64,000 nt of DNA. Source: Candidatus Saccharimonadales bacterium (lineage in GTDB: Bacteria > Patescibacteriota > Saccharimonadia > Saccharimonadales > Saccharimonadaceae). The notes beneath the pieces were generated by a model. The model had not been told where the DNA came from and did no database searches. It saw only the letters and a program-made list of their open reading frames with translations. The number at the start of each line of letters is the position of its first letter. Position 1 is the stretch's first letter. The position numbers and the translations under genes were made by a program. The DNA is taken from positions 91,232 to 155,231 of the forward strand of contig DASSDB010000002.1 of assembly GCA_035697325.1 (NCBI GenBank). The letters run 5' to 3'. Positions 43,677 to 51,801 of this stretch are shown in pieces.

Positions 43677-43970
43677 TTAAAACCTCCCCAAGATAAATTG
43701 CGTAATAACGAATGCCATAATAATAACAACGAGTCCAACTACGGCATAAATGATCGCCTCACGAGCCCGCTTTGTATGTGATGGATTTGCCGTTGACGTC
43801 GTATAAAACAAGCCGGCGATAATAATAGCCAGCACACAAATAATACCCGCCCAGGTATATACCGTGGTTAGCACGGCACTCAGTGTCGCGTTCGGATCTG
43901 TCGCAGGGTTTTTAAGCCCAATTTCATCGGGTGTGATCTTATCGATTGCAAAAAGAAGAAATTGATTCAT
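43677..43970 (-). CDS. Divergent pilin-type paralog P5 without a recognisable signal peptide
   Basis: 97 aa. Keeps the two-TM core (GIICVLAIIIAGLFYTTSTANPSHTKRAREAIIYAVVGLVVIIMAFVITQF) but starts MNQFLLFAIDKITPDE. Abuts P4 and overlaps P6 by 1 nt. Confidence 0.7.
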   Translation of the reverse strand: MNQFLLFAIDKITPDEIGLKNPATDPNATLSAVLTTVYTWAGIICVLAIIIAGLFYTTSTANPSHTKRAREAIIYAVVGLVVIIMAFVITQFILGRF

Positions 43971-44392
43971 TACACAGCTCCCGCCACAATATTAACGATA
44001 GCTATTGAAAATATAGAGATTATCAAACCAATAACCGCGTTAAGAATGGTCTTGCGTGCCTTTACGATATCGTCGGGGCTACCCGTACTCGTAAGATACT
44101 TAAAACCACCCGCAATGATATAACCTACGGCGATATATCCGACAAGCTGGAGCATTACCTCAATAATATTAAGACCTATTTTTGCGATAAACGTCGGCAA
44201 TCCACCCACATCATTTGGATTTTTAATATCACAGCTATCGTTAATGATACCGCGATACCATGCCGGAAAGGTAAGAAGGCGATCGTTACAAGCTGCCATG
44301 GCCGGTTGTGGCGCAGCAATAGTAAGTGCTGTGCCCCCAAGACTTGCGGTAAATATAATTGCGGCTATCCAGTTACGAATTATCTTCTTCAT
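43970..44392 (-). CDS. Divergent pilin-type paralog P6
   Basis: Signal peptide (AMA-AC), Cys pair, core YIAVGYIIAGGFKYLTSTGSPDDIVKARKTILNAVIGLIISIFSIAIVNIV. Confidence 0.75.
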   Translation of the reverse strand: MKKIIRNWIAAIIFTASLGGTALTIAAPQPAMAACNDRLLTFPAWYRGIINDSCDIKNPNDVGGLPTFIAKIGLNIIEVMLQLVGYIAVGYIIAGGFKYLTSTGSPDDIVKARKTILNAVIGLIISIFSIAIVNIVAGAV

Positions 44393-44401
44393 ATATTCTC
44401 C

Positions 44402-44794
44402 TTATGCAAAAATGCCGCCAGGAATTAGGTAGTTCAGCACCAAATACATCAGGCCATAGGCGATTAACCCAATGACAACATTTCGAATAATCTCGATAGC
44501 TTTTTTGGTCTGTTCAGAGCTATCGCCGGCACTTGTGTAGAGGATAGAACCATATACAATACCGCCTACCGCAGCGATTCCTACGCCCGCCGTCATAATA
44601 TTAAGAACAATGAGCAAAACACCCCACACACCGTTTTCTTTAGCATTTGGCCCCGAGCTCGATTGGGGACAAGAAATGATAGCAGTTTGCGCACCGCCAC
44701 AACTCTCGGCCAATACAGCAGGTGCAGCAACGCCAGCCCCTACGAACGACGCGACAACGACAGCCAAACCAATGATTTTTTGTTTTATATTCAT
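44402..44794 (-). CDS. Divergent pilin-type paralog P7 (first gene of the array)
   Basis: Signal peptide (LAE-SC), Cys pair (SCGGAQTAIISC), core GIAAVGGIVYGSILYTSAGDSSEQTKKAIEIIRNVVIGLIAYGLMYLVLNYL. Confidence 0.7.
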   Translation of the reverse strand: MNIKQKIIGLAVVVASFVGAGVAAPAVLAESCGGAQTAIISCPQSSSGPNAKENGVWGVLLIVLNIMTAGVGIAAVGGIVYGSILYTSAGDSSEQTKKAIEIIRNVVIGLIAYGLMYLVLNYLIPGGIFA

Positions 44795-44891
44795 ACCTAC
44801 CTATAAAATACGATAAAAGCTCTGTAGGCGCAAGCAGAAACCACCGCGATTAACAGTATACTCACACCCTGTGTAAATGCAGTCCATTTGA

Positions 44892-44920
44892 TTGACTTTT
44901 TTGCCATAAAGTGGTAGCAT
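44892..44920 (+). promoter_or_regulatory. Candidate promoter of the VirB6-like gene
   Basis: TTGACT-17 nt-TAGCAT. ATG at 44931, 10 nt after the -10, no SD. Lies in the divergent spacer shared with the pilin array. Confidence 0.3.
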
Positions 44921-44930
44921 TAGCACTGAT

Positions 44931-47651
44931 ATGGTGGAATTGCGAAAAGCCTTTCTGCCCGGTAGTATATCGGGACGGAAAATTCTTTTGTTCGCCACAA
45001 GTATGCTCGTGGCCGTCTTCGCATTGCTTGGCATTTCTCCCACTGCCTACGCAGCCGACGCTACCTGGCAGGGCAATTCTATAACCTATGCCCAAAAGCA
45101 ATATATTAAAACCGGAAATGCCGGCAGCAATGACCCTCGCGGTTTTGCCAAAGACACTCAAATATATGCCTACGTGGAGCCCATTGTATCGGGTTCTTCA
45201 AACCCAACCCAAAAAGCTCACCTAATCTATTTTGCTCCAGGTACAGACCCTACCAAGGCAACGACGGCATCGTATGTCGTGTACGATTACACGCCGCCAG
45301 ACAGCTACACCAATCCCTCAGGGGCGACGCAGATCACCCTTGATCCTCAACCGGCAAATGCCAACGAAAACACTACCTCTTGTGCGCTAGAAGGTATTGG
45401 CTGGATTGTGTGTCCAGTCACTAAATTTTTGGCCGGGGCCATGGACTGGATGTATGGCATTCTCGCCAGCTTCCTTACCGTGCGTCCAGTACAAACGAGC
45501 CAAGATAATTCACTTTTCCGCATTTGGGCCGTTATGCGAAACTTTGCTAACATCGTCTTCGTTATCGGCTTCCTCGTTATTATTTATTCGCAAATAACCA
45601 ACGCCGGTATCTCTAATTATGGTATAAAACGTTTGCTCCCGCGCCTTATCGCGGCGGCAATTTTGGTGAATTTATCATACTGGATATGCGCCATCGCGAT
45701 CGACGTCTCAAATATCTTAGGTAATTCCATACAGGAATTGTTTATCAGCCTGCGTAATGTATTGGTGGGCCGAGAAGGGAACAACTGGGACATTATCAGC
45801 TGGGAGAGTATCTCCAGTTTCATTCTTTCTGGCGGAACAGCGGCCGTACTTGCGGGTATCGGAGCAAATATTTTACTCGGCGGTACGATTACCGGTTCGA
45901 TCTTCATGCTCGTGCCGGTACTAGTAACGGTGCTCGTAGCCGTGTTGGTGGCACTGCTGGTTATGGCGCTTCGCCAAGCGCTTATTACTATACTAGTGAT
46001 CGTATCGCCGCTGGCATTCGTAGCGTACTTGCTACCAAATACCGAGAAATACTTTGAAAAGTGGCGCGAGCTCTTCATGACAATGCTGCTGCTTTTTCCG
46101 ATCTTTTCGGTTATTTTTGGTGGATCACAGCTGGCGGGTATGGCAATTATACAAAATGCCAATTCGATCAACCTCATTCTCCTTGGTATGGCCGTACAAG
46201 TTGCTCCAATTATTATTACGCCTTTACTTATTAAGTTCAGCGGATCACTACTTGGCCGCTTTGCCGGCATGGTCAACAACCCAAACAAGGGACTTATCGA
46301 CCGCACTCGCAACTGGGCAAAGGATCGTGCCGAAAACCAAAAAGCTCGCGTACTTGCTGGCACACCGCGTGCCGGCTGGCGTGGAGCCGCCACCAGGCGC
46401 TCGCAAAACATTGAAACCAAGCGCCGCAAGCGCGAGGGCTGGCGCGCAGCCAATACCGCGCTGGCTGATGCTGCGTGGGCTAATAGCGAAGAATACTCAA
46501 AAATTCACCAGGCCAACCAACGTGCCGCACTTTCTAAAGAAGCAGGTGAAACAGCCGCGCAAGTACGCTTTGAAACCGCCAAAACAACCAATGCCGCGTT
46601 GCAGCACATGGACGTTGAGGCGCGAGCTGCTAAATTGAATTTGGATGTTACCAAGGCTAAAGTAGACGCCAATTGGCAAGAATTGATGGCGGGTAAGAGA
46701 ACTAATGAAAACCTCCTCGACTTAGAGGCGCTGAATCCGGCAGAAGTTTCTCGTCGAGGTATTGGCAACTACCAGGCCTATCGCAACAATATGGTTGAAG
46801 CTATCAAACAAGCCTCGATCGATAATAACCTTGAAAAGCGCCGTGCCCACTCCGCTGAACATGTACGTCAAGAAGATATGACGAAGCTCATGCTTTCAGA
46901 CAACTTAATACGTGAACGTGCTAAGGGTATTGATCCACACGGTGCCGATACAGCCCTAGCAAACGCCGTTGCCGAAGATCGAACTGCCTTTGGTAAATCT
47001 GTGGAAGAAGCAAAGCATGTATTGAAGCACTTTAACGTCAGCGCCGAAAAGCGAGCTGACCTCTTAAGAGGTGAGACTATTCACGTAACCGATAGCTCGG
47101 GACACCCGCGTGACTTCAGCCTTAAGGATACGTTCATTACCGAGGCTGCAATTGAAATCCAGATGAAGGAAGGAAGCTTTAGACAGAGGGAAGATATTAT
47201 TGCCGAATCTGGTAAAGGCGGCAAGCTATATGCTCACCGAACCACTATTGGTGATGAAGCTAAGGCGAACAAGATCGGCGAAATGGCCGCTTACTTTGGT
47301 GGTTCCGCTATCGACCGTATTAAACAGGGTGAAATTAAGGGTAATGCTGGAATCGACCTGAACATTGCGCACACCATCCGTAGCGGTAAGCTCAAGGCCG
47401 CCCACCTTGCCGATATGGATTGGGAAGCCGTCCAGCGAGTGGTTAAGGTTGCACGAGCTAATGCACCTGCTGAATTCAATGCTGCACAGGTGGCCGAATA
47501 CGAGCGAAACCGCGCTCAACTGGGCACACTGGCGAAGGAAGCACTCACGAACACCAGCCTTCGTGGCCGCGTGGCAAGGAACTCTCTAGAACACTTACAA
47601 AACCTTATACAAGACTTTCCTCCACCTCCAACACCGCCTAATAACCCTTAG
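44931..47651 (+). CDS. VirB6/TrbL-like polytopic T4SS channel protein with ~430-aa hydrophilic C-terminal tail (paralog 1)
   Basis: Signal peptide, ectodomain of about 120 aa ending in CALEGIGWIVCPV, then six or more TM helices (LFRIWAVMRNFANIVFVIGFLVIIYSQ..., RLLPRLIAAAILVNLSYWICAIAIDVSN...). A charged helical tail ends in PPPPTPPNNP. Confidence 0.75.
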   Translation: MVELRKAFLPGSISGRKILLFATSMLVAVFALLGISPTAYAADATWQGNSITYAQKQYIKTGNAGSNDPRGFAKDTQIYAYVEPIVSGSSNPTQKAHLIYFAPGTDPTKATTASYVVYDYTPPDSYTNPSGATQITLDPQPANANENTTSCALEGIGWIVCPVTKFLAGAMDWMYGILASFLTVRPVQTSQDNSLFRIWAVMRNFANIVFVIGFLVIIYSQITNAGISNYGIKRLLPRLIAAAILVNLSYWICAIAIDVSNILGNSIQELFISLRNVLVGREGNNWDIISWESISSFILSGGTAAVLAGIGANILLGGTITGSIFMLVPVLVTVLVAVLVALLVMALRQALITILVIVSPLAFVAYLLPNTEKYFEKWRELFMTMLLLFPIFSVIFGGSQLAGMAIIQNANSINLILLGMAVQVAPIIITPLLIKFSGSLLGRFAGMVNNPNKGLIDRTRNWAKDRAENQKARVLAGTPRAGWRGAATRRSQNIETKRRKREGWRAANTALADAAWANSEEYSKIHQANQRAALSKEAGETAAQVRFETAKTTNAALQHMDVEARAAKLNLDVTKAKVDANWQELMAGKRTNENLLDLEALNPAEVSRRGIGNYQAYRNNMVEAIKQASIDNNLEKRRAHSAEHVRQEDMTKLMLSDNLIRERAKGIDPHGADTALANAVAEDRTAFGKSVEEAKHVLKHFNVSAEKRADLLRGETIHVTDSSGHPRDFSLKDTFITEAAIEIQMKEGSFRQREDIIAESGKGGKLYAHRTTIGDEAKANKIGEMAAYFGGSAIDRIKQGEIKGNAGIDLNIAHTIRSGKLKAAHLADMDWEAVQRVVKVARANAPAEFNAAQVAEYERNRAQLGTLAKEALTNTSLRGRVARNSLEHLQNLIQDFPPPPTPPNNP

Positions 47652-47665
47652 TGCAACTTAGTTTT

Positions 47666-47697
47666 ACGCCCCGGTCTGTTTTTACAGACCGGGGCGT
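47666..47697. terminator. Bidirectional terminator after VirB6-like paralog 1
   Basis: ACGCCCCGGTCTG-TTTTTA-CAGACCGGGGCGT, 13-bp perfect stem. Confidence 0.75.
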
Positions 47698-47701
47698 TTA
47701 C

Positions 47702-47959
47702 TTACTCGGAGGAGACGATAATAATCACTACGATCACGACAAGCGTGAGAATGATTCCCGCAACTCCGAGACCCTGAAAAACCTGGCCTGGGTCCATCGA
47801 GACCGCATCGTCATCCATAGCCGCACTGCCCAAAATCAGTGAGAGGACAGACAAGCCACCAAGGACAACGAGGGTCAGCAGAATCCAGATGAAAGCTCCT
47901 TCCTTTCGCCGCTTCGCCCGGTGAGGCGGGTCCGGCAAGTCAAACGGGTCGTCAGTCAC
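47702..47959 (-). CDS. Hypothetical two-TM membrane protein, GC-rich
   Basis: The GTG at 47959 is preceded by GGGAG (the track lists a TTG start at 48019). Reads TDDPFDLPDPPHRAKRRKEGAFIWILLTLVVLGGLSVLSLILG...GVAGIILTLVVIVVIIIVSSE. Confidence 0.45.
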   Translation of the reverse strand: MTDDPFDLPDPPHRAKRRKEGAFIWILLTLVVLGGLSVLSLILGSAAMDDDAVSMDPGQVFQGLGVAGIILTLVVIVVIIIVSSE

Positions 47960-48105
47960 AGGTCTTAGCTCCCTAGTGAATATAGGCACCTTCACCCTAA
48001 CATAATAAACTAGAGTCAAAATAAAAAACTAATTAAACTTGCATTTCACCCGATAAAGTATATAATTACTCTGTCCAATCAGATACGCAACAGAGGCGGT
48101 GAAGT

Positions 48106-48624
48106 ATGAGTTCTCTGGACGATTACTACGCGCGGCAAGATGGCGGTAAACAGGAGCGGGCCGACGATCTGCACATCCGGCAGTACAACCGCTGGGTCGA
48201 CATCGTGCTCGAGGCCGTGCGGGAGTTCGCCCGTGCGGCCCAGACCCGCCCGCCCGCAACCTGCGAGTGGGTGTACGAAAATGGGCAGCGCACGGCTTCG
48301 TGGGAGCTCCTCAAGGAATACGACGACACCTACCGCATCAACTTGATGCAGGACGGCCGACTCGTGTACGTCAAGGGGTCGTACTACTCACTGAAGCCGC
48401 CCCCAGAGGGTCACGTCACCAATGTGATCCATCTGCGCCACATCTCCCACCAGTCGGAAGAGCAGGCAGTGGGGGTGGGATGGAGTACGCTGAGCGATCT
48501 GTGCAGCAACATCGTCACCAGCGGTTACCTGCGATTCCACATGCCGTCGCCCAGCCATTTGCACGACGATCTCCTCACGCACTGGTCTCGTACTCACCCG
48601 GCCGACGATCAGTCGAAGCGGTAG
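48106..48624 (+). CDS. Hypothetical protein, 172 aa, GC-rich
   Basis: ATG after GAGGCGGTGAAG; followed by hairpin CCCGTCGCG/CGCGGCGGG (48643-48669). No family recognised. Line 48241-48300 is 41/60 GC. Confidence 0.55.
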   Translation: MSSLDDYYARQDGGKQERADDLHIRQYNRWVDIVLEAVREFARAAQTRPPATCEWVYENGQRTASWELLKEYDDTYRINLMQDGRLVYVKGSYYSLKPPPEGHVTNVIHLRHISHQSEEQAVGVGWSTLSDLCSNIVTSGYLRFHMPSPSHLHDDLLTHWSRTHPADDQSKR

Positions 48625-48722
48625 CACCCTGAATTGGACACCCGTCGCGTAGAAAAAACGCGGCGGGATTGTCCCTGAAGTTATTTCTCACCCCTGTATA
48701 CACTTTTGATGTTAATATACAT

Positions 48723-48738
48723 ACGCTATATGTAGTGT
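48723..48738 (+). promoter_or_regulatory. NrdR-box-like palindrome inside the T4SS-like locus
   Basis: ACGCTATATGTAGTGT; 15 of 16 nt are identical to the pyrG-proximal box. It lies 22 nt upstream of the -35 of the 48840 gene promoter. Confidence 0.35.
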
Positions 48739-48759
48739 ATTAAAAGTATTTAAAACCCC

Positions 48760-48788
48760 TTGCGTTTTTAAGGGTATTAATGTATAAT
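48760..48788 (+). promoter_or_regulatory. Candidate sigma-70-type promoter of the 48840 gene
   Basis: TTGCGT-17 nt-TATAAT. Confidence 0.5.
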
Positions 48789-48839
48789 ACAAAGGCAATA
48801 GGTTACTTATGCTGCGCGTTTCGCGCTAAGGAGCACAAA

Positions 48840-49778
48840 ATGACTATTGAAAACCCCCATGCAAATCGTCTTAACGAACAAGGGGGTGTCATGCCTCCTG
48901 AAGAAGTAGACCAATCTCGTGGTACTGGAGAGATTCCTTACCAACAAACTGTCCATAACAACCCCGACACTTATCATATTCCTCAAACAGAAGAGGAAGA
49001 GCCAGGATTCCTCAAACGCCATTGGGGTAAAGTAGCTCTTGCTACCGCTGGTGTTGTCGCAGCAGGTGCCTACTACTTAGGCAACGCCACCGCTAACGAT
49101 TCCGAACCCAAAAATATCCCAGACACCGGGTCACAGCCGGTTGCCACTGCTGAACAACACCCTGGTGGAAGCGCTCCAGCTACTTCAGCAGAAGCACCCG
49201 CCTCCAGCCCTGAAGCCAACCCTGCTGACACCGGAGTATCATTCGGCTCGCAGCACATGACCGTTGAAACAGCCAAAGCGACACTTTTTGAAGTTTCCGG
49301 AGCTAAAGCACCCTCGCCTAATGAAGCAGCTAAGCAATGGGCTGTCGCTCTTCAAAACGGTATGAAAATGAACGCAAGCCGCGAAGCGGTATCGCAAAAC
49401 GGTGGTGTTGAAGCAACCGAAAAAGCCAACCTCGATCTTCTTACCGGTGCAGATGGAATTCTGCTTGGTCTTGGAAAGGATCATAACAGTGTTACTGATG
49501 CCGGAGCCGACTTTATGCAGCCAGCAACGCTTGTATATGAAGCTAATAAGGCGAACGTTGAAAACGAAACATTCTCACGTGTATATCTCACCAACATGCG
49601 CGTTACTGGAAGCGAAAGTGGTGGCTACACCGTGCTTGGCGACCTTACTGTCACGACAATGCGCGGAGAAGAGCCGCTGAGCAGTAGGGGATACAAGGCT
49701 GAGATCCACCAAAAGCTCGACCCCCAGACCAACAAGTGGGATTACACAGGTTCTCACGTTCTCAAAGATAACGGCTAA
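48840..49778 (+). CDS. Bitopic membrane protein (cytoplasmic N-terminus, one TM helix, ~230-aa external domain)
   Basis: ATG at 48840 follows AAGGAG (the track start at 48780 lies inside the promoter). TM helix WGKVALATAGVVAAGAYYLG. The beta-rich C-terminus is a possible VirB8-type candidate (speculative). Confidence 0.65.
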   Translation: MTIENPHANRLNEQGGVMPPEEVDQSRGTGEIPYQQTVHNNPDTYHIPQTEEEEPGFLKRHWGKVALATAGVVAAGAYYLGNATANDSEPKNIPDTGSQPVATAEQHPGGSAPATSAEAPASSPEANPADTGVSFGSQHMTVETAKATLFEVSGAKAPSPNEAAKQWAVALQNGMKMNASREAVSQNGGVEATEKANLDLLTGADGILLGLGKDHNSVTDAGADFMQPATLVYEANKANVENETFSRVYLTNMRVTGSESGGYTVLGDLTVTTMRGEEPLSSRGYKAEIHQKLDPQTNKWDYTGSHVLKDNG

Positions 49779-49794
49779 GCCTCTTACTTAACTA

Positions 49795-51798
49795 TTGTTT
49801 CAAACTGCTATCGGTTTTATACTGATAGCAGTTATGTTTATGTGGCGTGATTTATTTTCTAACATAAGACGTCGAGTTCTTGTTTTAGCTGCCGTGCCGC
49901 TTTTGTCGCTCCTTAGCCTTTACACGCCATTTTTTGCAAATTCCGCCTATGCCGTTACGGCAGATGATGTCCTTAACCGCGCTCGTGCGTGGTCAATTTT
50001 GCAGGCGGTGATTGATAAGGCAAGTCTTCTTGATTCAAGTATTAGTAACGAAGACGCCAGCAACTGTCATATTTTTGGTGGTTCAGACAATGATGCGGTG
50101 TATGTTGGCCACTGGGCGACAGGTGATAACGATGATAACGGCACCGTTTACTCCAACGGAGGATCGTGGGACGCACTCGAAAACAGAGTGGATCTTGCTA
50201 ATAATGCACTGGCTTCTGTGGGAATTCAGGGTGGCTGCCGAGGTTTGCTTGAAAAACTAGGCTACACCTCTAGCGGCGGCGACATGAATCAGCCAAAGGA
50301 TTATAGTAATGGCGATGGCGAGGTCCGCGATAAACTCCAAGCTGCTCTTAAGGCTGATGCATTTTTTGGCAGACGGCTAAGCGATGGTTCACCTGGTGAC
50401 GCAATTTCTTATGCAATGCTTTATTATGCGCTCACTAACGTATGCGGTTGGGCATATCGAAATCCTTTTGTACCCAACGATACATCACCGGGAGACGACG
50501 GAAGTAGAAACCGCGAAGCTCAAAACAACGGCTGGAGCGGTGATAGCCGTAACAGTCATTTTCATACATATACATATGAAAACGGTAAGGCAGGCGAGAA
50601 TACATACTACAAAGGCGGAGGCCGCGAAGATGATATCCGTGTCGGCTCAAAAACCGGGTTTGCCAACTCTGGGAATAACGATGCTATCACCGACTGTGGC
50701 GACAATAACGCCGATACAATTGGAGCAAAGCTAGGAGATAACCCCCGTTTTGCAGATGCGTACGCGGCGCTTTTGAAGCCAGGCGGTCAATATACTCCAG
50801 GAACGTGTGGTGAAAAGTATCCGGCAGCCGGTACAGACGCAGAAGTCCAGCGAGCAAACGCTCTTCGAGCGGCTTGTGACGACGGTTTCAAAAATAAAAC
50901 GGCTGGATATTGTGACAAATATAATAGCGATAAAGGCCTAAAAGACGCCTGTTTATACGGGCAACAGACCGCCACGGGTCTCTCCACAGATACGACGCCT
51001 GCCCAAGAAAAAGATCCTACTAAAAAAGAAGATAAAACCACGTGTGCCATCCCCGGTATCGGCTGGATCGTCTGCCCAATACTGAATTTGCTTGCGCAAT
51101 TGGTAGATGGCGCATATAGTTTTGTTGCGGCTCTGCTTAAGGTACAGCCAGTTGTGATGGATACTAACTCCGGATTGTTCAAGGCGTGGTCGGTTATGCG
51201 AAACTTCGCCAATATTGCCTTTGTTATTGCCTTCTTGTTTATTATCTTTTCACAGGTGACCAGCTTTGGTATATCTAATTATGGTATTAAACGAATGCTG
51301 CCGCGGCTTATTATTGCGGCGATATTGGTCAATGTATCTTTCTGGATATGTTCGCTTGCTGTCGACCTTTCGAACATTGGTGGCGCATCGCTTAAATCTC
51401 TCTTTGATGGCATCGGGCAGGGATTAAGTCTTCCGAATACCGACAATGGATTCAACTCCGGTACTCAATGGCAGGGAATCGTTGGTGGACTACTTGGTGG
51501 TACCGTCCTTGTTGGAGCGGCTCTGTATATTGGGCTTTCGGCACTTATTCCGGTGATACTCGCTTGTCTTATCGCTATTTTGGCTGTATTCCTCGTATTA
51601 GTTATTCGCCAGGCATTGATTGTGCTATTAATCGTTATATCACCACTGGCGTTCGTGGCGTACTTACTACCTAATACCGAATCATTATTTACAAGATGGC
51701 GGAAACTATTTACGACTCTCCTTATCCTTTATCCTGTGGTATCGATCATATTTGGCGCTTCGGCTCTGGCGTCTAAAATCGTCATGGGAGGAAGCTAG
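49795..51798 (+). CDS. VirB6/TrbL-like polytopic protein, paralog 2, TM part (ends at an in-frame TAG)
   Basis: Signal peptide, a roughly 370-aa Cys/Gly/Asp/Asn-rich ectodomain ending in CAIPGIGWIVCPI, then TM helices colinear with paralog 1 (LFKAWSVMRNFANIAFVIAFLFIIFSQ..., RMLPRLIIAAILVNVSFWICSLAVDLSN...). Alternative start ATG at 49834. Confidence 0.75.
   Translation: MFQTAIGFILIAVMFMWRDLFSNIRRRVLVLAAVPLLSLLSLYTPFFANSAYAVTADDVLNRARAWSILQAVIDKASLLDSSISNEDASNCHIFGGSDNDAVYVGHWATGDNDDNGTVYSNGGSWDALENRVDLANNALASVGIQGGCRGLLEKLGYTSSGGDMNQPKDYSNGDGEVRDKLQAALKADAFFGRRLSDGSPGDAISYAMLYYALTNVCGWAYRNPFVPNDTSPGDDGSRNREAQNNGWSGDSRNSHFHTYTYENGKAGENTYYKGGGREDDIRVGSKTGFANSGNNDAITDCGDNNADTIGAKLGDNPRFADAYAALLKPGGQYTPGTCGEKYPAAGTDAEVQRANALRAACDDGFKNKTAGYCDKYNSDKGLKDACLYGQQTATGLSTDTTPAQEKDPTKKEDKTTCAIPGIGWIVCPILNLLAQLVDGAYSFVAALLKVQPVVMDTNSGLFKAWSVMRNFANIAFVIAFLFIIFSQVTSFGISNYGIKRMLPRLIIAAILVNVSFWICSLAVDLSNIGGASLKSLFDGIGQGLSLPNTDNGFNSGTQWQGIVGGLLGGTVLVGAALYIGLSALIPVILACLIAILAVFLVLVIRQALIVLLIVISPLAFVAYLLPNTESLFTRWRKLFTTLLILYPVVSIIFGASALASKIVMGGS
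49803..49833 (+). other. 12-bp hairpin ending at the first ATG of VirB6-like paralog 2
   Basis: AACTGCTATCGG-TTTTATA-CTGATAGCAGTT (one G-U pair); ATG at 49834. Confidence 0.5.
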
Positions 51799-51801
51799 CA
51801 T

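Noticed and set aside
42428-44794. Reading the small two-TM proteins as type IV pilus prepilins, holins or bacteriocin/immunity pairs
   Set aside because: They have no G-F/M-T-L-I-E prepilin peptidase motif and no adjacent lysin or ABC-peptidase exporter. Six of the seven (all but P5) have Sec-type signal peptides with AxA-like sites. All seven share a conserved TM-loop-TM core next to VirB6, VirB4 and PrgI genes, which fits VirB2/TrbC-type pilins better.
45617-46453. 278-aa minus-strand ORF inside VirB6-like paralog 1
   Set aside because: It is antisense to the TM core, which is conserved between the two paralogs on the plus strand. The translation is Ser/Arg/Ile-rich nonsense.
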